DNA of 64,000 nt from contig NW_008246074.1 of NCBI RefSeq assembly GCF_000281045.1, positions 1,016,573 to 1,080,572 on the forward strand, written 5' to 3'. This stretch comes from Saprolegnia diclina VS20 (Eukaryota). Both the position numbers and the translations under genes were made by a program. Position 1 is the stretch's first letter; each line of letters begins with the position of its first letter. Shown piece by piece: positions 47,762 to 59,715 of the stretch. Below the pieces are notes generated by a model that saw only the letters and a program-made list of their open reading frames with translations, had not been told where the DNA came from and searched no databases.

Positions 47762-50325
47762 ATGGATCGGGTTGCCTACAGTGGCCATGGCGATCTCCCG
47801 CTCAACGTGGCGCGCCTCGTGGAGCGTTCCGACGGCCAAGCGCCAATTCGCTGCGTGCGCCTCACACACGCTGCGAATTCAGCAATGATCCTCTGCGCCG
47901 GCTGGACGGCCCGCGCCAACGACGACGACGAGGTGCGCGATGTGCAGCTACCGCCATGGATGTTGCACGTGCTTGGCATGACGCACGGCGCCAATGGCCT
48001 CGTGTGCAAGACCATCGATGTGCCAGAAGACGTCGCCGAGTCCATTGTCATCGAGCCGTTGGGTGCATTTCCGCTGCAACGCGGGTCGCCATTGCTGCCG
48101 CAAGTGCTCGTCGACAACACGCTCGACCTCTCGACGACTTTTGGCCGCCAAGTCGCGTACGTCAGCGCCGGTCATACCGTCGCAGTCCTGGTTCTCGGTC
48201 TGCCGTACCTCTTTCGTGTGCATGCGATTGCGACAGCGACCAACCCAGCGGCGCCCCTTGCACGCGTCGGCCGCGCCACCTTGGTCCAACTTGCGCAGTC
48301 CACGGACGCCTCGTCGACGCTCGCCAAGAGCAGCAGACAGCTCGACGAGGTATGGGCGTCGCATCCGTGGCGAGAACGCATCGAGCGCCATGGTTTTGCC
48401 GGCTACGAAAATACCGTCGACGACGTGCTCTTCCACCTCCGTCTCGTGCTTCTCACGTCGTCCGAGTACGTCGCGTCCCACGGCCTGCTCGTGCGCGGTG
48501 TCCACGGCGTAGGCAAGACGCTCTTGCTCCAAGCGCTCGGAGCGCAGCTCCGAAGCCTCGGGATCCCCGTCGTGTACCTCGAGGGCATGTCGTTGATGCT
48601 CGAGTCGGCCGTGACGACGGCGTTTCCATCCCCGACAGCCTTCTTGGCCCACAAGCTCCAGTCGTTGGCAGACTTTGGTGTCCTTTTGCTCGACAATGTC
48701 GAAGCATGCTTTGAAGAGAACGAAGTGTCGCCCATGGGTCGCAGCCTCCTCCAGGTGCTCGATTCGATTGGCTCGAGGCGCGTCGTCGTCGTCGCGTCAT
48801 CGACGATCGGTCTTCCTGCGTCGGCCACGCGTGTCGGGCGACTCGAGCGTGAATTGGAGCTGCCCGTGCCGAGTGAAGTGTGCCGGCAAGCAATTCTGCG
48901 CCGGCTGCTCCTCGCGGCGGCGCTGGACGCGCCTCACAACGACGTAGCCCATCGTGTGGCGCTTGCGACCGGCGGCTACGTCGCCAAGGACCTTGTCCGC
49001 GTCTGCCGGTATGCACTCGCCTCGTCCAAGCTCCAGGAGGCACCGACTGTCGTGTGGCAAGACTTTGTCAAGGTACGTCGCTTTGTCATGTCTGGATGAT
49101 GACCGAATCCAGGCGCTCGGGGTGACGACGCCGTCGCAGCTCCAAACCCTCAACGTGCAGGCGCCGGGCGCGGCCTTGGCGAGCTGGACGCTGTTTGCAG
49201 GGTATTCGGCGCTCAAGAACCGCCTCCTCGAGCTCATCTCATACCGCTTTGAGCGAAAAGAAGCGCTTGCGGCCCTCGGTGTGCAGAGTGTCTCGGGCAT
49301 TCTGCTGTACGGTCCGTCGGGCTGCGGCAAAACGACGCTCGTGCGTGGCCTCGCGGCCAAGTGCAACGCCAACTTTGTGCGCGTCCAGGTTGATAGATTG
49401 ATATTTTGGACGATGGATGCACTCTGTGCTGCTAGTCATCCGACCTTTTGTCCAAGTACTTTGGCGAGACGGAAAAGTCGATCCGAGACGTGTTTGGTAC
49501 GTACTTGTCTCGAACATCAATTGATGACGTCGGCGCGTAGCACGGGCACGAGCGTCGGCGCCGTGCATTTTGTTTTTTGACGAAGTACGCGCTCTCGATG
49601 ATCGATGAGATGTCTGCTTCGACTCACGTTTCCTAGCTCGACGCGATCGCAGAGAAGCGAGCGTTCGACAGTACGTCGTGACTCAGCTGGCGGGGCCTCT
49701 GTAGTAACTCCACTAGGTTCTGGCGGCGGCAGCAGCAGCAGTGTCTACGCCCGCGTCTTATCCACGCTGCTCAACGAAATGGACGGCGTTGGCGGGTGCG
49801 ACCCTTCTGCGTCCTGTCTTGCTCGACCAACGACCCCCCATGTAGGCAAGCGTCCGAGGTGATTGTGATGGCCGCTACCAACCGCAAGGATGCACTTGAT
49901 GCGGTTCGCGCCCCGAATCTCGAAGCACAATGTACACATCATTATTGTCTTTGGCTAGGCTCTTGTGCGACCGGGCCGCATTGACCAAGCCCTTGAAGTT
50001 GGGTACCCCGATCAAAACGACCGCCTCGTAGTCCAGCCAACGTGGTGCACGGATACTGATAGATTGATATTAGGCCATTTTCGAATCGTACACGCGTCGC
50101 ATGCCATTGGCAGAGGACGTCGACGTCGCCGCTCTCGCATCGACGCCGTTTGATTTGCGCAGCGATTTGAGCAAGATGGAGCGGGCAGCGCACATGACAG
50201 GCGCCGACATTGGCGCCATCTGCAAAGCCGCCGCCTTCCACGCGCTGCGCCACGATGTCGATGCAGCGTCTGTAGCGATGGCACACTTTCGAGCCGCGAT
50301 CGCCTCGCGCCTCGAGCGCGTCTAA
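47762..50325 (+). CDS. Double AAA ATPase (CDC48/AFG2 clade, SPATA5L1-like), multi-exon
   Basis: D1 GVHGVGKT. D2 GILLYGPSGCGKTT, SKYFGETEK, PCILFFDE, RVLSTLLNEMDG, AATNR, ALVRPGRID and TGADI. Confidence 0.88.
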
Positions 50326-51764
50326 GGCTCTGTGCCCTCTTCTACCTTAATACTGCTGCTGTTGGTCTTGGCGCTTTTGCTATTGCGCTCTCTCGGGTTG
50401 ATCATGGCCAGCGCGTCTGCGAGGCGTCCGTGGACCTTGCGTTTCACGCGTTGGACGCAGACCGTTGGCNNNNNNNNNNNNNNNNNNNNNNNNNNNNNNN
50501 NNNNNNNNNNNNNNNNNNNNNNNNNNNNNNNNNNNNNNNNNNNNNNNNNNNNNNNNNNNNNNNNNNNNNNNNNNNNNNNNNNNNNNNNNNNNNNNNNNNN
50601 NNNNNNNNNNNNNNNNNNNNNNNNNNNNNNNNNNNNNNNNNNNNNNNNNNNNNNNNNNNNNNNNNNNNNNNNNNNNNNNNNNNNNNNNNNNNNNNNNNNN
50701 NNNNNNNNNNNNNNNNNNNNNNNNGCATCGAGTGCGTAGGCGTCGGCGATCGCGTCGAGCGAGATGCTCGGCAGCGTCGCCTGGCGCTCGAATGCCTTGG
50801 TGTAGAGCCCGTGCGACAAGACCTAATGCGATAACTCACTGCGGCGTAGGTATGGTGTGACGCACCGTCGAGAGCGGCGTCGGGGCGAGCTGCTGCATCT
50901 GGACGAGCAGCGCCAAGCGGTCGGTGGCGTTAAAGAGAGGCTGACCGAGGAGGCACTCGAGCACGATGCAGCCGAGCGACCACATGTCGGCCGCGCACGA
51001 GATGGAGACGCCCATGGCCACCTCGGGCGCGCGGTAGAGGATCGTTTGGATGTCGAAGCCGTGGTCCGTCGCCATTGTCTGCACGCTCACGTTGTCGATC
51101 GCGTTGCCAAAGTCGATGAGCTTGATATCGGCTCTCGCGGCGTCGCGGTAGAGAATGTTTTCGGGCTTGAGGTCGGCGTGGATGATGTTCTAGCATGCCA
51201 TCAGTACGACGCCTTGGGGACGAACAAGCATCACGTCGTACCATGTCGTGAAGCACGGCGAGGGCTGCGCACGTCTGCGCCACCTGCAGGAGGACCATCA
51301 GTACCCGTCTCGCCACAATCACGTACGATGGTTCGAAGCGCCACGAGCTCCATATGACGGCGCGCGACGACCTTGGCTGGACAATGACGCATGTGCTCCA
51401 CGATGGACGCCCATTCGTATTCCTCTGCCGACGCCCGCGGGCGCTGGAAGATGGCCGGTCCCAGCAACTCCATCGCGATGCACAACGAGCCGCGAAACTC
51501 AAAGGCGTGGATGAACGACACGATCGGCACGTGGTGGTCGGGGTCACGGGCGTCGACGGCGCGGAGCAGCGCGACCTCAAGCTCGCCCGCGACGAGCAGC
51601 GACGGCGCAAACACCTTGATCGCGACCTGCGTCTGGCGGTGCGTGTCGAGGGCGAGAAGCACGACGCCCGAGATGCCATGGCCAAGCTCGCGCAGGAAGA
51701 GAAAGCGGTCGTCAAGGCGCGTCGTCCCATGGATGAGGTCCATGCTGCTGCTGCTGATGGCCAT
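50322..51764 (-). CDS. CMGC protein kinase (DYRK/HIPK-like), multi-exon, interrupted by the gap; both ends uncertain
   Basis: LGHGISGVV, VAIK, IIHADLKPENIL, KLIDFG, IQTILYRAPEV and DMWSLGCI. Confidence 0.85.
50470..50724. other. Assembly gap (N run)
   Basis: Run of n characters inside the kinase gene. Confidence 1.
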
Positions 51765-51903
51765 CCTCTTCGGCCACGACTGCGGACTGCTGCTGCATGG
51801 CTCGAAATAAAATAACTCGTGATTTGTATGGTGGTCAATAAAATTAAAGCTACCGGCTGGTGACACCGACGACGACGACGACAGAGGACATGGACGACGA
51901 CGA

Positions 51904-53037
51904 CTAGGCAAACGACGTCACCGACTTGGCGACGGTCGCCTTGGGCCGCGCCGGCGCCGGGGCGACGTTGGCGGTCTGGCAGGCGACCAGCGCTTGGCAG
52001 GCGGCGGCTTCGTTAGCCTGCTGTTGCCGCAGCTGCTGCCGCAAGTAGGCGACTTCGCCGTGCAGCTGAAGGTTTTCTTGCTGCACCTGCATAAGCATCG
52101 TGCGCAGGCGTGTCACTTCGTCTTCGGCCACCGAGGCCTCGGCTGTGGGCTTGGGCGGCGCCAATGGCGGGTACGACGTTGACGGCGGCGCCTCGACGCG
52201 GGGCATGATCGGCTGCATCGCCGGCGTGAGCTTGGGCGATTTCCGGAGAAACGAGGTGAGGCCGTTCGTGGACGGGTCGGTCGACGACGGAAAGAGACCG
52301 CCGTTGTAGGGTGGCGGTACCGGGAAGAGCGACGAGATGGACGGCGACGGCGGCGGCATGCCCGGCTTGATAGCAATTTGTTTCTTGAGCGGCCGCGGCT
52401 GCCGCGGCGACGGCGGCGGCTTTCGAGGGCTTGCTACCTTGGCGCGCTTCTCAGGAGGGCCCATCGACGACGACGATGACGACGACGATGCGTTTTGCTT
52501 AGGCAGTTTGGCTTCAAACTGTACGATCGTGAGCAAGAGCGACGAGCCGTACTTCTGGATCCAGTGGTGGTCACTCGGGCAGCACTGCTCGAGCTCGAGG
52601 ATGCTGCGCGGGCACGTGGTCGCGACCTGCGCGAGGATGTGCGTCGGGACCACGTCCCACGGGCCAATGCCTTCTTCCTGCACCGTCTTGTTGCGCCACG
52701 CTTGGAGGTACGCAAAGAGGAGCTTGGACTGCTCGTCACTGAGCCGGCGACCGCGCGCCTGCGCCGCCGCGGACGGGCTCGGTCGCTTGAGGAGGCGAGA
52801 GGCGTTCGACTGCTGGATCTGCATGATGCGCGTCTGGAGCGTCCCCTCGTTCGTAAAGTCGGCTTCGCTCTGCGCGGCCGCGAACAAGCTCTCTTCGATG
52901 CGCTTGGCCATGCCCGGCAGCTTCTGCAGCACGGCGGCCGGCGCGTTCGGCTTGAGCGCTGTTAGCACTGAGACGATCTGCTGCTGGACCGTCTCGCGCT
53001 TCGCAGGCGCCACGTACGCGCGCCAGTCCGAGACCAT
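51904..53037 (-). CDS. KIX(Med15-type) plus HRDC plus coiled-coil protein
   Basis: DWR...R...I...L....KLPGMAKRIEESLFAAAQS...TLQTR (KIX-like); LFAYLQAWR...EEGIGPWDV....LAQVA..CPRS..EL......IQKYG (HRDC); C-terminal heptads. Confidence 0.75.
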   Translation of the reverse strand: MVSDWRAYVAPAKRETVQQQIVSVLTALKPNAPAAVLQKLPGMAKRIEESLFAAAQSEADFTNEGTLQTRIMQIQQSNASRLLKRPSPSAAAQARGRRLSDEQSKLLFAYLQAWRNKTVQEEGIGPWDVVPTHILAQVATTCPRSILELEQCCPSDHHWIQKYGSSLLLTIVQFEAKLPKQNASSSSSSSSMGPPEKRAKVASPRKPPPSPRQPRPLKKQIAIKPGMPPPSPSISSLFPVPPPYNGGLFPSSTDPSTNGLTSFLRKSPKLTPAMQPIMPRVEAPPSTSYPPLAPPKPTAEASVAEDEVTRLRTMLMQVQQENLQLHGEVAYLRQQLRQQQANEAAACQALVACQTANVAPAPARPKATVAKSVTSFA

Positions 53038-53803
53038 ATCCGAGGTGCGTCGCGGGGCCGAAATAGCCAATTGAGAAATCGGACGGATGACGCACTCGGC
53101 GTGGCGTGTGCAGTTCCGACAAAGTGCGCTCGTCATCCCCAATCGACGACCGCTGTCCGCGCAAGTACGAAATACTGTCTGCGCAAGCTGGTACAACCCT
53201 CTTAAGTGCGTGCGCGTCGGAGCACCAGTGAACGGCATCATGGATGACGCGCGGTCGAGGTGTTGGCGCCATTTCAATCGCGCCAAGCGGAATGCATGCT
53301 TGCGGCTCTAAGATCTATAGACAGCTTGACGCTTAGGCCCTTTCTACTAGTGCTATTAGTATAATAGTACATATCGTCCAAGGATAGTAGAAGCTATAGT
53401 AGATACATCCTGCGGGCGGCCAAGCACGACCGGCTGGTCGTTTACTCAACGCGCGTCGTGTCCAGTAGGATTGAAGCCCGAGTTAATCGACATCGACTAG
53501 AGAGGCCATTCCTTTGCATTCAACAAGCATGAAGGAGTCAACATTTCGTGGTCAACGTAGTGTACTAGTTCTCTAGTTCTTAGAGCTTGATGGCCGCGCG
53601 CCCCATCATGGTCGGTCGGGTGAAGGCAGCGCGTTTGTGGGTAGGGTCCCAAGTGCAACCAACGTTCGTCCACGTCGCAGGTGTCGATGACAGCGTGTCG
53701 TTGGGTGCGCCATTGTAAATTGTACAATTGTACAATACAATTGATTTGCGCAAGACTAGAATTGGTCGGAGCGCAATAAATAGGCTATTGGCGCTCGCGT
53801 TTC

Positions 53804-54888
53804 TTAGAGAGTCACTTCCTTGTGCTTGGGCGACGGCGACGGACTCGCATGGCCGTCAAACGCGGCGTCGCCGGCGGACGACTGACGCTTTGGGGACATT
53901 TGCATGACCTCCATCTCAATGTGCTTGCTGCCGTTGTCGGCGGCGTTGGAGAGGCGCGCCGCAGCGCGGGTCTTGCGCAAGATGAGAAAGTGTCGGATCG
54001 AGATCACAATCGAGAGCTAATTCCATAGTATTCCTTTCGGCCAAAGGCGACAAGGAGCGGCGTGCGTACCGCCGCCGCAAGCCCGCCAGCGATCGTGATG
54101 AGCGTCTTCCACAGCGGCGTGCCCGAACACTCGGGTGGCCCCGACCAGTCGGACACGCATTGGCACTGGCCGTCTACCGCGGTGCTGTCAAGCCTACGCT
54201 GTAAAGTAAACGCGCTTACCGACGACAACACCACGAATCGTGTTGCACGCCACGTTGTTATTGGCGGGCGACTTGGTGCTGCTTGTCGGTTCAGGGGTCG
54301 TGGTGCTACTGCCGCTGGGCGTCGGCGACAGCGTCGTAGCTGGAAAGGTCGAGCACACGGCGCCAGACGTCCCCGTCACCTGCAAAGACACTCGAGTATG
54401 GGCCAACGCTCAGCTTGCATGATGCGTCGTACCGTGACCTTGGTCTCGGTCGAGACGGAGTTGCAAATGTCGGCGCCAAACCCGCGAAAGTAGAGCGTGC
54501 CTGGGTACTGCGGGCAGATGCTAAAGGTATTCGTGCCCGACTTGGTCGCGGCTGGTGACGTGGCGAGCGCTAGGCCCGTCTTGGCTTGGTTGGGTGCAAA
54601 GGTCACATACGTGACGGTCGCTGCGCTTGGCCACTGGATTTGGAGAAGTTGGCCGGTCGTCGCCCCGATCGCGGTGCCGTCGAACGTGACGCCGGCCGTC
54701 GGCAAGATCGTCGGCACCCCCAGCGGCGTCTTGTCGCAGTTGAAGCAGCAGTACTGAATGGCCTCGCACGCAGGGTACTGCATCGCATCGGCGGCAAAGT
54801 TGGTGACGCCGTTGAGGCACGTGCCGCAGCACATGTCACCGGCGACACCGCCCCACGCAGCGCAGAGAACGACCACGAGCAGGAACAT
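53804..54888 (-). CDS. Cys-rich/EGF-like single-pass membrane protein, paralog 1 (4 exons)
   Basis: Signal peptide, CCxxC...CCFxC, PGTLYFRGFG, S/T linker, CxxxRG...CQCVSDWSGPPEC, TM helix, tail KEVTL*. Confidence 0.85.
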
Positions 54889-55692
54889 GATCGGGCGACG
54901 AAAGGGAGAGCGACTGGAAGGTTAGGAAGCCCAGCGTTTTATCGAAGCTTCGCTGGCCGGAGAAGACGACGAGGACGTTGCTCTCGTAACGACGCTTCCA
55001 CGTTCGACGAACGGCCATGCTCCCAGCTCATGCTCCCATGTTCAAGCGCAAGGGCAATGATGTCCTCCTTGCTGCATTGCGCACGTGGATACAGTGTATG
55101 CATTGCGTCGCCAGCGCAACTCGTTTTCTCTGAAAACAGGCTTGGTTCGCAACCATTGGCCAGATATTTGCTGCAGCACGACCAGTGGATTGCAAGATCC
55201 ATCCGAAACCCATACAAACATCAAGTCGTTTCTGTCTCACCGTCAAAAGCAGCAATGATCCGATCGGGTTCAGTCCACTGGAACCAAACGCCGTACACTG
55301 TATTGGATGTGACAAAAGGGCAGCGGCAGAGCACCACCTCGATGATCCCGCGCTGTGCGTACTGTATGTGGACAGCGTTTGGTGAGGTTGCTCCTACCTT
55401 TGCAGCACCGCTACCGATTTTGAGGAGGCGTTGCTGCGCTGTGAATAATCCGCGACCAGTGCTGCAATGCTGTTTCTCACGACGTCAGAACCCATGATAG
55501 CGGGTTGTGTGTGGCAAGCTCTTTCCTCGCTGCCAACGGAAGAACGTGGCGAACGTCTGGCGCTTGGCGGTTCGAAGGGGCACTGAATACAAACGCCCGT
55601 CAAAAAACCAAATAGGTCAACTCCTGGGACAATCCGCCGGCTTGGTCCAGTGGTTGTTGGTGCCATTTAGAAATTACTAGACTATTGGGCTC

Positions 55693-56721
55693 ATGATCCT
55701 GCGGTCGCTCCTGTTGCTGCTGCTCGCCGCCTTCGTGCACGCCCAAGTGTGCTGCCACGTCTGTCTCGCCAACCTCGGGCCCTCTAGTTACGATCCTACC
55801 GTGTTTGCCCAGTGCGACAAGAAGACGCCCGGGTGCTGCTTCTGCGATGCGCAGCTCACGATCGCCGCACCTGCCTTCTCGTCGTCCCAGCAGCAAGGCA
55901 CGTGGCAAAAGGTCGCATGGTCGGGCGTCTCCAAGGTCACCAAGGTCAACGTTCCCAAGGGTTCCGAATCGGCGTCGCACCCGCAGCTCACGATGATGTT
56001 GTCGCCGGTCCAGCAAGACGCTGCGGGCAACTACCTCTTCTGCTCCGACACGCCGGGCGAGACGCTCTTCCGCGGCTGGGGCCCGCTCGCTAACACGTAC
56101 CCGAGCAACTGCACGGCGCTCTCGGCGCAGTTGTCGATCACGATCACGGCCGGCACGGGCAAGTGCAGCGACGCGTCGCCGACGTCCACATCCCCGACGA
56201 CCAAGCCCGGTGGCGCGTCGTCCCAGGCTGGCAGCTCGAGTGGTGTCACAAAGGCTCCGACTGTCAAGTGCGATGCCAACCGCGGCTACGTTGACAGCGA
56301 CAACAAGTGCCAGTGCCTCAGCGACTACTCGGGGCCGCCCACGTGCGACGGCATGGCGCTCTGGAAGATCCTCGTGTCGGTTGCTGGCGGCCTAGCAGCG
56401 CTCTTCTCGATCGTTGTCTCGGTGCGCCAGTTTATCCTCTTCCAGCGCCGCAAGCGCGAGGAAGATGAGCTCGCCAACGCCCCGGTCGACCAGTCGTCCA
56501 AGAACTTTGATACAATGTACGCAATGCCGGCGTCGCACGAGTACTACGACTCGGTCAACGTCAACGCAACGAGCAGTCGGCACACGGACGCGTCGCGCGA
56601 CGGTGTCCGTTCGTCCGAAGACAGCCGCGTTCGCCCGTCTCTGCCCGAGTCCGATGCCCGGTTCACGGGTGACGCCGACGGGCGCTACAAGCCGCGCGAG
56701 TCCAAGGAGTACACGCTCTAA
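55693..56721 (+). CDS. Cys-rich/EGF-like single-pass membrane protein, paralog 2 (intronless)
   Basis: Same architecture: CCHVC, GCCFC, PGETLFRGWG, CQCLSDYSGPPTC, TM helix, tail KEYTL*. Confidence 0.9.
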   Translation: MILRSLLLLLLAAFVHAQVCCHVCLANLGPSSYDPTVFAQCDKKTPGCCFCDAQLTIAAPAFSSSQQQGTWQKVAWSGVSKVTKVNVPKGSESASHPQLTMMLSPVQQDAAGNYLFCSDTPGETLFRGWGPLANTYPSNCTALSAQLSITITAGTGKCSDASPTSTSPTTKPGGASSQAGSSSGVTKAPTVKCDANRGYVDSDNKCQCLSDYSGPPTCDGMALWKILVSVAGGLAALFSIVVSVRQFILFQRRKREEDELANAPVDQSSKNFDTMYAMPASHEYYDSVNVNATSSRHTDASRDGVRSSEDSRVRPSLPESDARFTGDADGRYKPRESKEYTL

Positions 56722-57229
56722 GCCCATCGTCATACTATGAAGATCACCTCGGTCCGCCGGCCATGGGTTCCGTCCGTCCTGCCAGCTCATCATTCCATCT
56801 TATTTATTCGGTGATTTGTCGAAGAAGCGTGTTCGTATTAAAAATTCGAGCTTTATTACACCGTATCCGGATGTAGTCGGCAGCATACAAACGGCCAGTG
56901 ACGATGGGTCCGACACCGGATACTGGGTGTGTCACTGACCGCCTGTGTATTATTTTACCGCTTGCATACAAATCCCAAGATACTTTTATTGCAACACGGC
57001 TTCGCGGTGTTACGAGAAAGCACGTGGCGAGACACCTATGCGTAACACGATGCCTATTTTTATTCCGGTTTTGATCTCAACTTGGCATTCTATGACAGAA
57101 AAAGGTATGGCGTTGTTTGAATATGCGCATTAAATAACGTCGCATTATTTCTCCGGATCTGCACGCGGCCATCCTTTCCAAGTCGAGGACGACCGGCGCA
57201 TTTTGCAGTCTGTGACTTGCAGCACCAAC

Positions 57230-58273
57230 ATGCGAGCCATTAGCGTCGTCTTCGCCCTTCTGGCCGCCTTGGCGCCGCCGGCCGAGTCTGCCGACGCGTG
57301 CTGCGCCGTCTGCCTAGGCACGCTTGGCCCGGCCACGTACGATGTCACCGACTTTAGCCAGTGCAGCGGCAAGCAGCCCGGCTGCTGTTTTAATTGCGCG
57401 CCCGACGCGACGATCTCAAGCCCTGCGTTCCAGGCCACGATGGCCGCCGCGACGTGGCAAACCGTGACGTGGGCCGACCCCGCCAAGGTGACCAAGGTCG
57501 ATCTCGTTGGCACGGCGTCCACGACGGCCCATTCACGGCCACAGCCCAAGGGCGTGCAAGTCGAGAAGGACGCCAAGGGCAACTACATCTTTTGCCTTGA
57601 TACCGCTGGTGTGATCCTTTTCCGAGGCTTCGGAAAGGACCCGACGGGCTCGGCCTGCCAGCAGATGTCGAGCGAGCTCTCCATTACGGTCACGGCCGGG
57701 GCGGCTGGTGCGACGTGTGCCTCGAAGAAGCCGACGTCGTCGGGCTCGGGCAGCAGCGCGGGTGGCGGCGGCAACAGCACCGCGACGCCCAAGGTCACAC
57801 CGCCGCCTTGCAACCCTCAGCGTGGCTTTGTCAACCAGCAAAACGTGTGCGAATGCACGTCCGACTACTCGGGCCCGCCCGAGTGCAGCGGCCAAGCCAC
57901 GTGGAAGCTCCTCGTGTCGATTGCCGGTGGCGTGGCAGCGCTGGTACGCTCGAATCCTGTTCATGCACCGTCTCTCATTTGTCTTGTGTAGTTTTCCATT
58001 GTGATTTCGGTGCGGCAGTTCATGCTCTTCCGGAAGCGCAAGGAAGAGGAGCGGTTGCTGGCCACCCAGCAGGAGCGCGCAAGCAAGGATGAAGTCGAGG
58101 TCATGGCCATCTCGTCCGGCCCCGACTACTACGACGCCAAGCGCACGCCCAATAACGGCCAGGGACAAAACCAGCGCCCCGCAGCGACCAAGTCGCCGGT
58201 GCCCATGAAGCCGTACCCTGTGGACAGCCACCACAACATGTCGCCCCGGCAAAGCCGCGAGTACACGCTCTAG
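57230..58273 (+). CDS. Cys-rich/EGF-like single-pass membrane protein, paralog 3 (intron 57944-57991)
   Basis: CCAVC, GCCFNC, AGVILFRGFG, CECTSDYSGPPEC, TM helix, tail REYTL*. Confidence 0.9.
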
Positions 58274-58616
58274 TTGCATTAGTTAAATACCTACAAATTC
58301 CATGTTCCGCCTGTCGTTCTTGTACGAGCATGGTCGTCGCCTCCAACGCTCCCAGCGACAGAGCCCAGTTGTTGCATATACCTGCACTGTAGATATCATG
58401 GACGCTCGAGGCTGCCATTGTAGCAGCGCTGCTCACGCTCGCATTGAGATTACTGCCGATCCCTGCCTCTGACGACCGTCGCGTCGCCACTCGAAGCGAC
58501 CACAAGTCGCAAATCAGATCTTATTGCACCTCTATATCAAAAAGACAACGCAGAGCCATGACCAAGGAGGTCTCTTGGCGATGACCGACGATGGCCTGGC
58601 GACGGCAGCGGTCGAA

Positions 58617-59232
58617 TAGCGCTGCAGCATCGAGACAGATGGGGTCGCTGTTGCAGCAGTGGTTCGAGTGCGAGTCGAAACTGGCGACTGGGAGGCTCGG
58701 GACGTAGCCGGCTGCGAGCGGCCCCTGGCTGACGTAGGTGCAGCGCTTCGTCCCCGCGAGGAGATTGCGCGCGGCCTCGTACGGCTCGGTGGCGGCGTCG
58801 ACGTCTTGCATGCTAGAGCTGGAGCTGGAGCTGGCGAGGACGACTGTGGCGAGCCGCTTTGCCAGCGAACCGGATCCGGATTCGGTGGATCGTCAGGACA
58901 GTCGGCGCGGATTGGCTGAAATGACAGAGTGTTGGTCGTTTCCCGCGAGCTCTCCTGCTCGACAGACAGCCAAGCAGGAGACTGCGCTTTGCGGCGCTTG
59001 ATTCATCGTCCTCGCCGACGATGTTGTTGTGGCAGCCGGTATTCTTCGTCTGATGACGTCGCTTGCTCCAAGCCATCATGACCCGAGCTTGCTTCTGGTG
59101 CTCGTTCTGGAGCAAGTGCATCTCAGGATGGTTTCCATCTCAAGGCCCCCACCGCGACGAGTTGTCGTCTCTCGTCGTCTCCCTACCAGTATAGTAGAAG
59201 TACCGCTAGTAGACATAATGATGCTACTCGTA
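58617..59232 (-). repeat. Dispersed repeat, copy B (inverted copy of 6851-7474), carrying a 5' gene fragment
   Basis: The reverse complement matches copy A; ORF MQDVDAATEP... (58811) terminates at 58521. Confidence 0.95.
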
Positions 59233-59715
59233 TCGGTACGGTACACTTCCCGGTACAGCTCGCATTGCTCATCATCGTTGAATGCGGCATTCTAGTGGCG
59301 GCACATGCCGAAGATAACTGCGGAGTCGAACGGGATAAAAACACGCAACCCTTCGACACCCAAGGAAGCCTCCGCGCATTGACACGCATCGCCGCTTCTA
59401 TGCACACTTATCAACGCTGTCTGAGCTTATCTTGGCACACGTCACCAACAAGGGATCTTACATTGGCTCTGCCAACCCGCGTGCTCGACTCGCAGCCTGT
59501 AGATCCGAATGGGGACTTCAACAAAATGCAATCGTCGCCAGATACAGGTGCGAGCTTCGGGGCTGTGCGTGCCTCTGCTACAGCGTGAAGGCTCCAGCAA
59601 TTGTCCACCGTGGTTTGCGTGCGGTGGGCTTGGGCCAGAGGTCGCTCGCAATACAGCCTGTGGTGCGTTCGGTAGCCTGTAGAAGTATGTATGGTGTTTT
59701 TAGATGCACAGCTAT

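Noticed and set aside
50332..50860. ORFs spanning the N run
   Set aside because: Artefacts of translating the gap.
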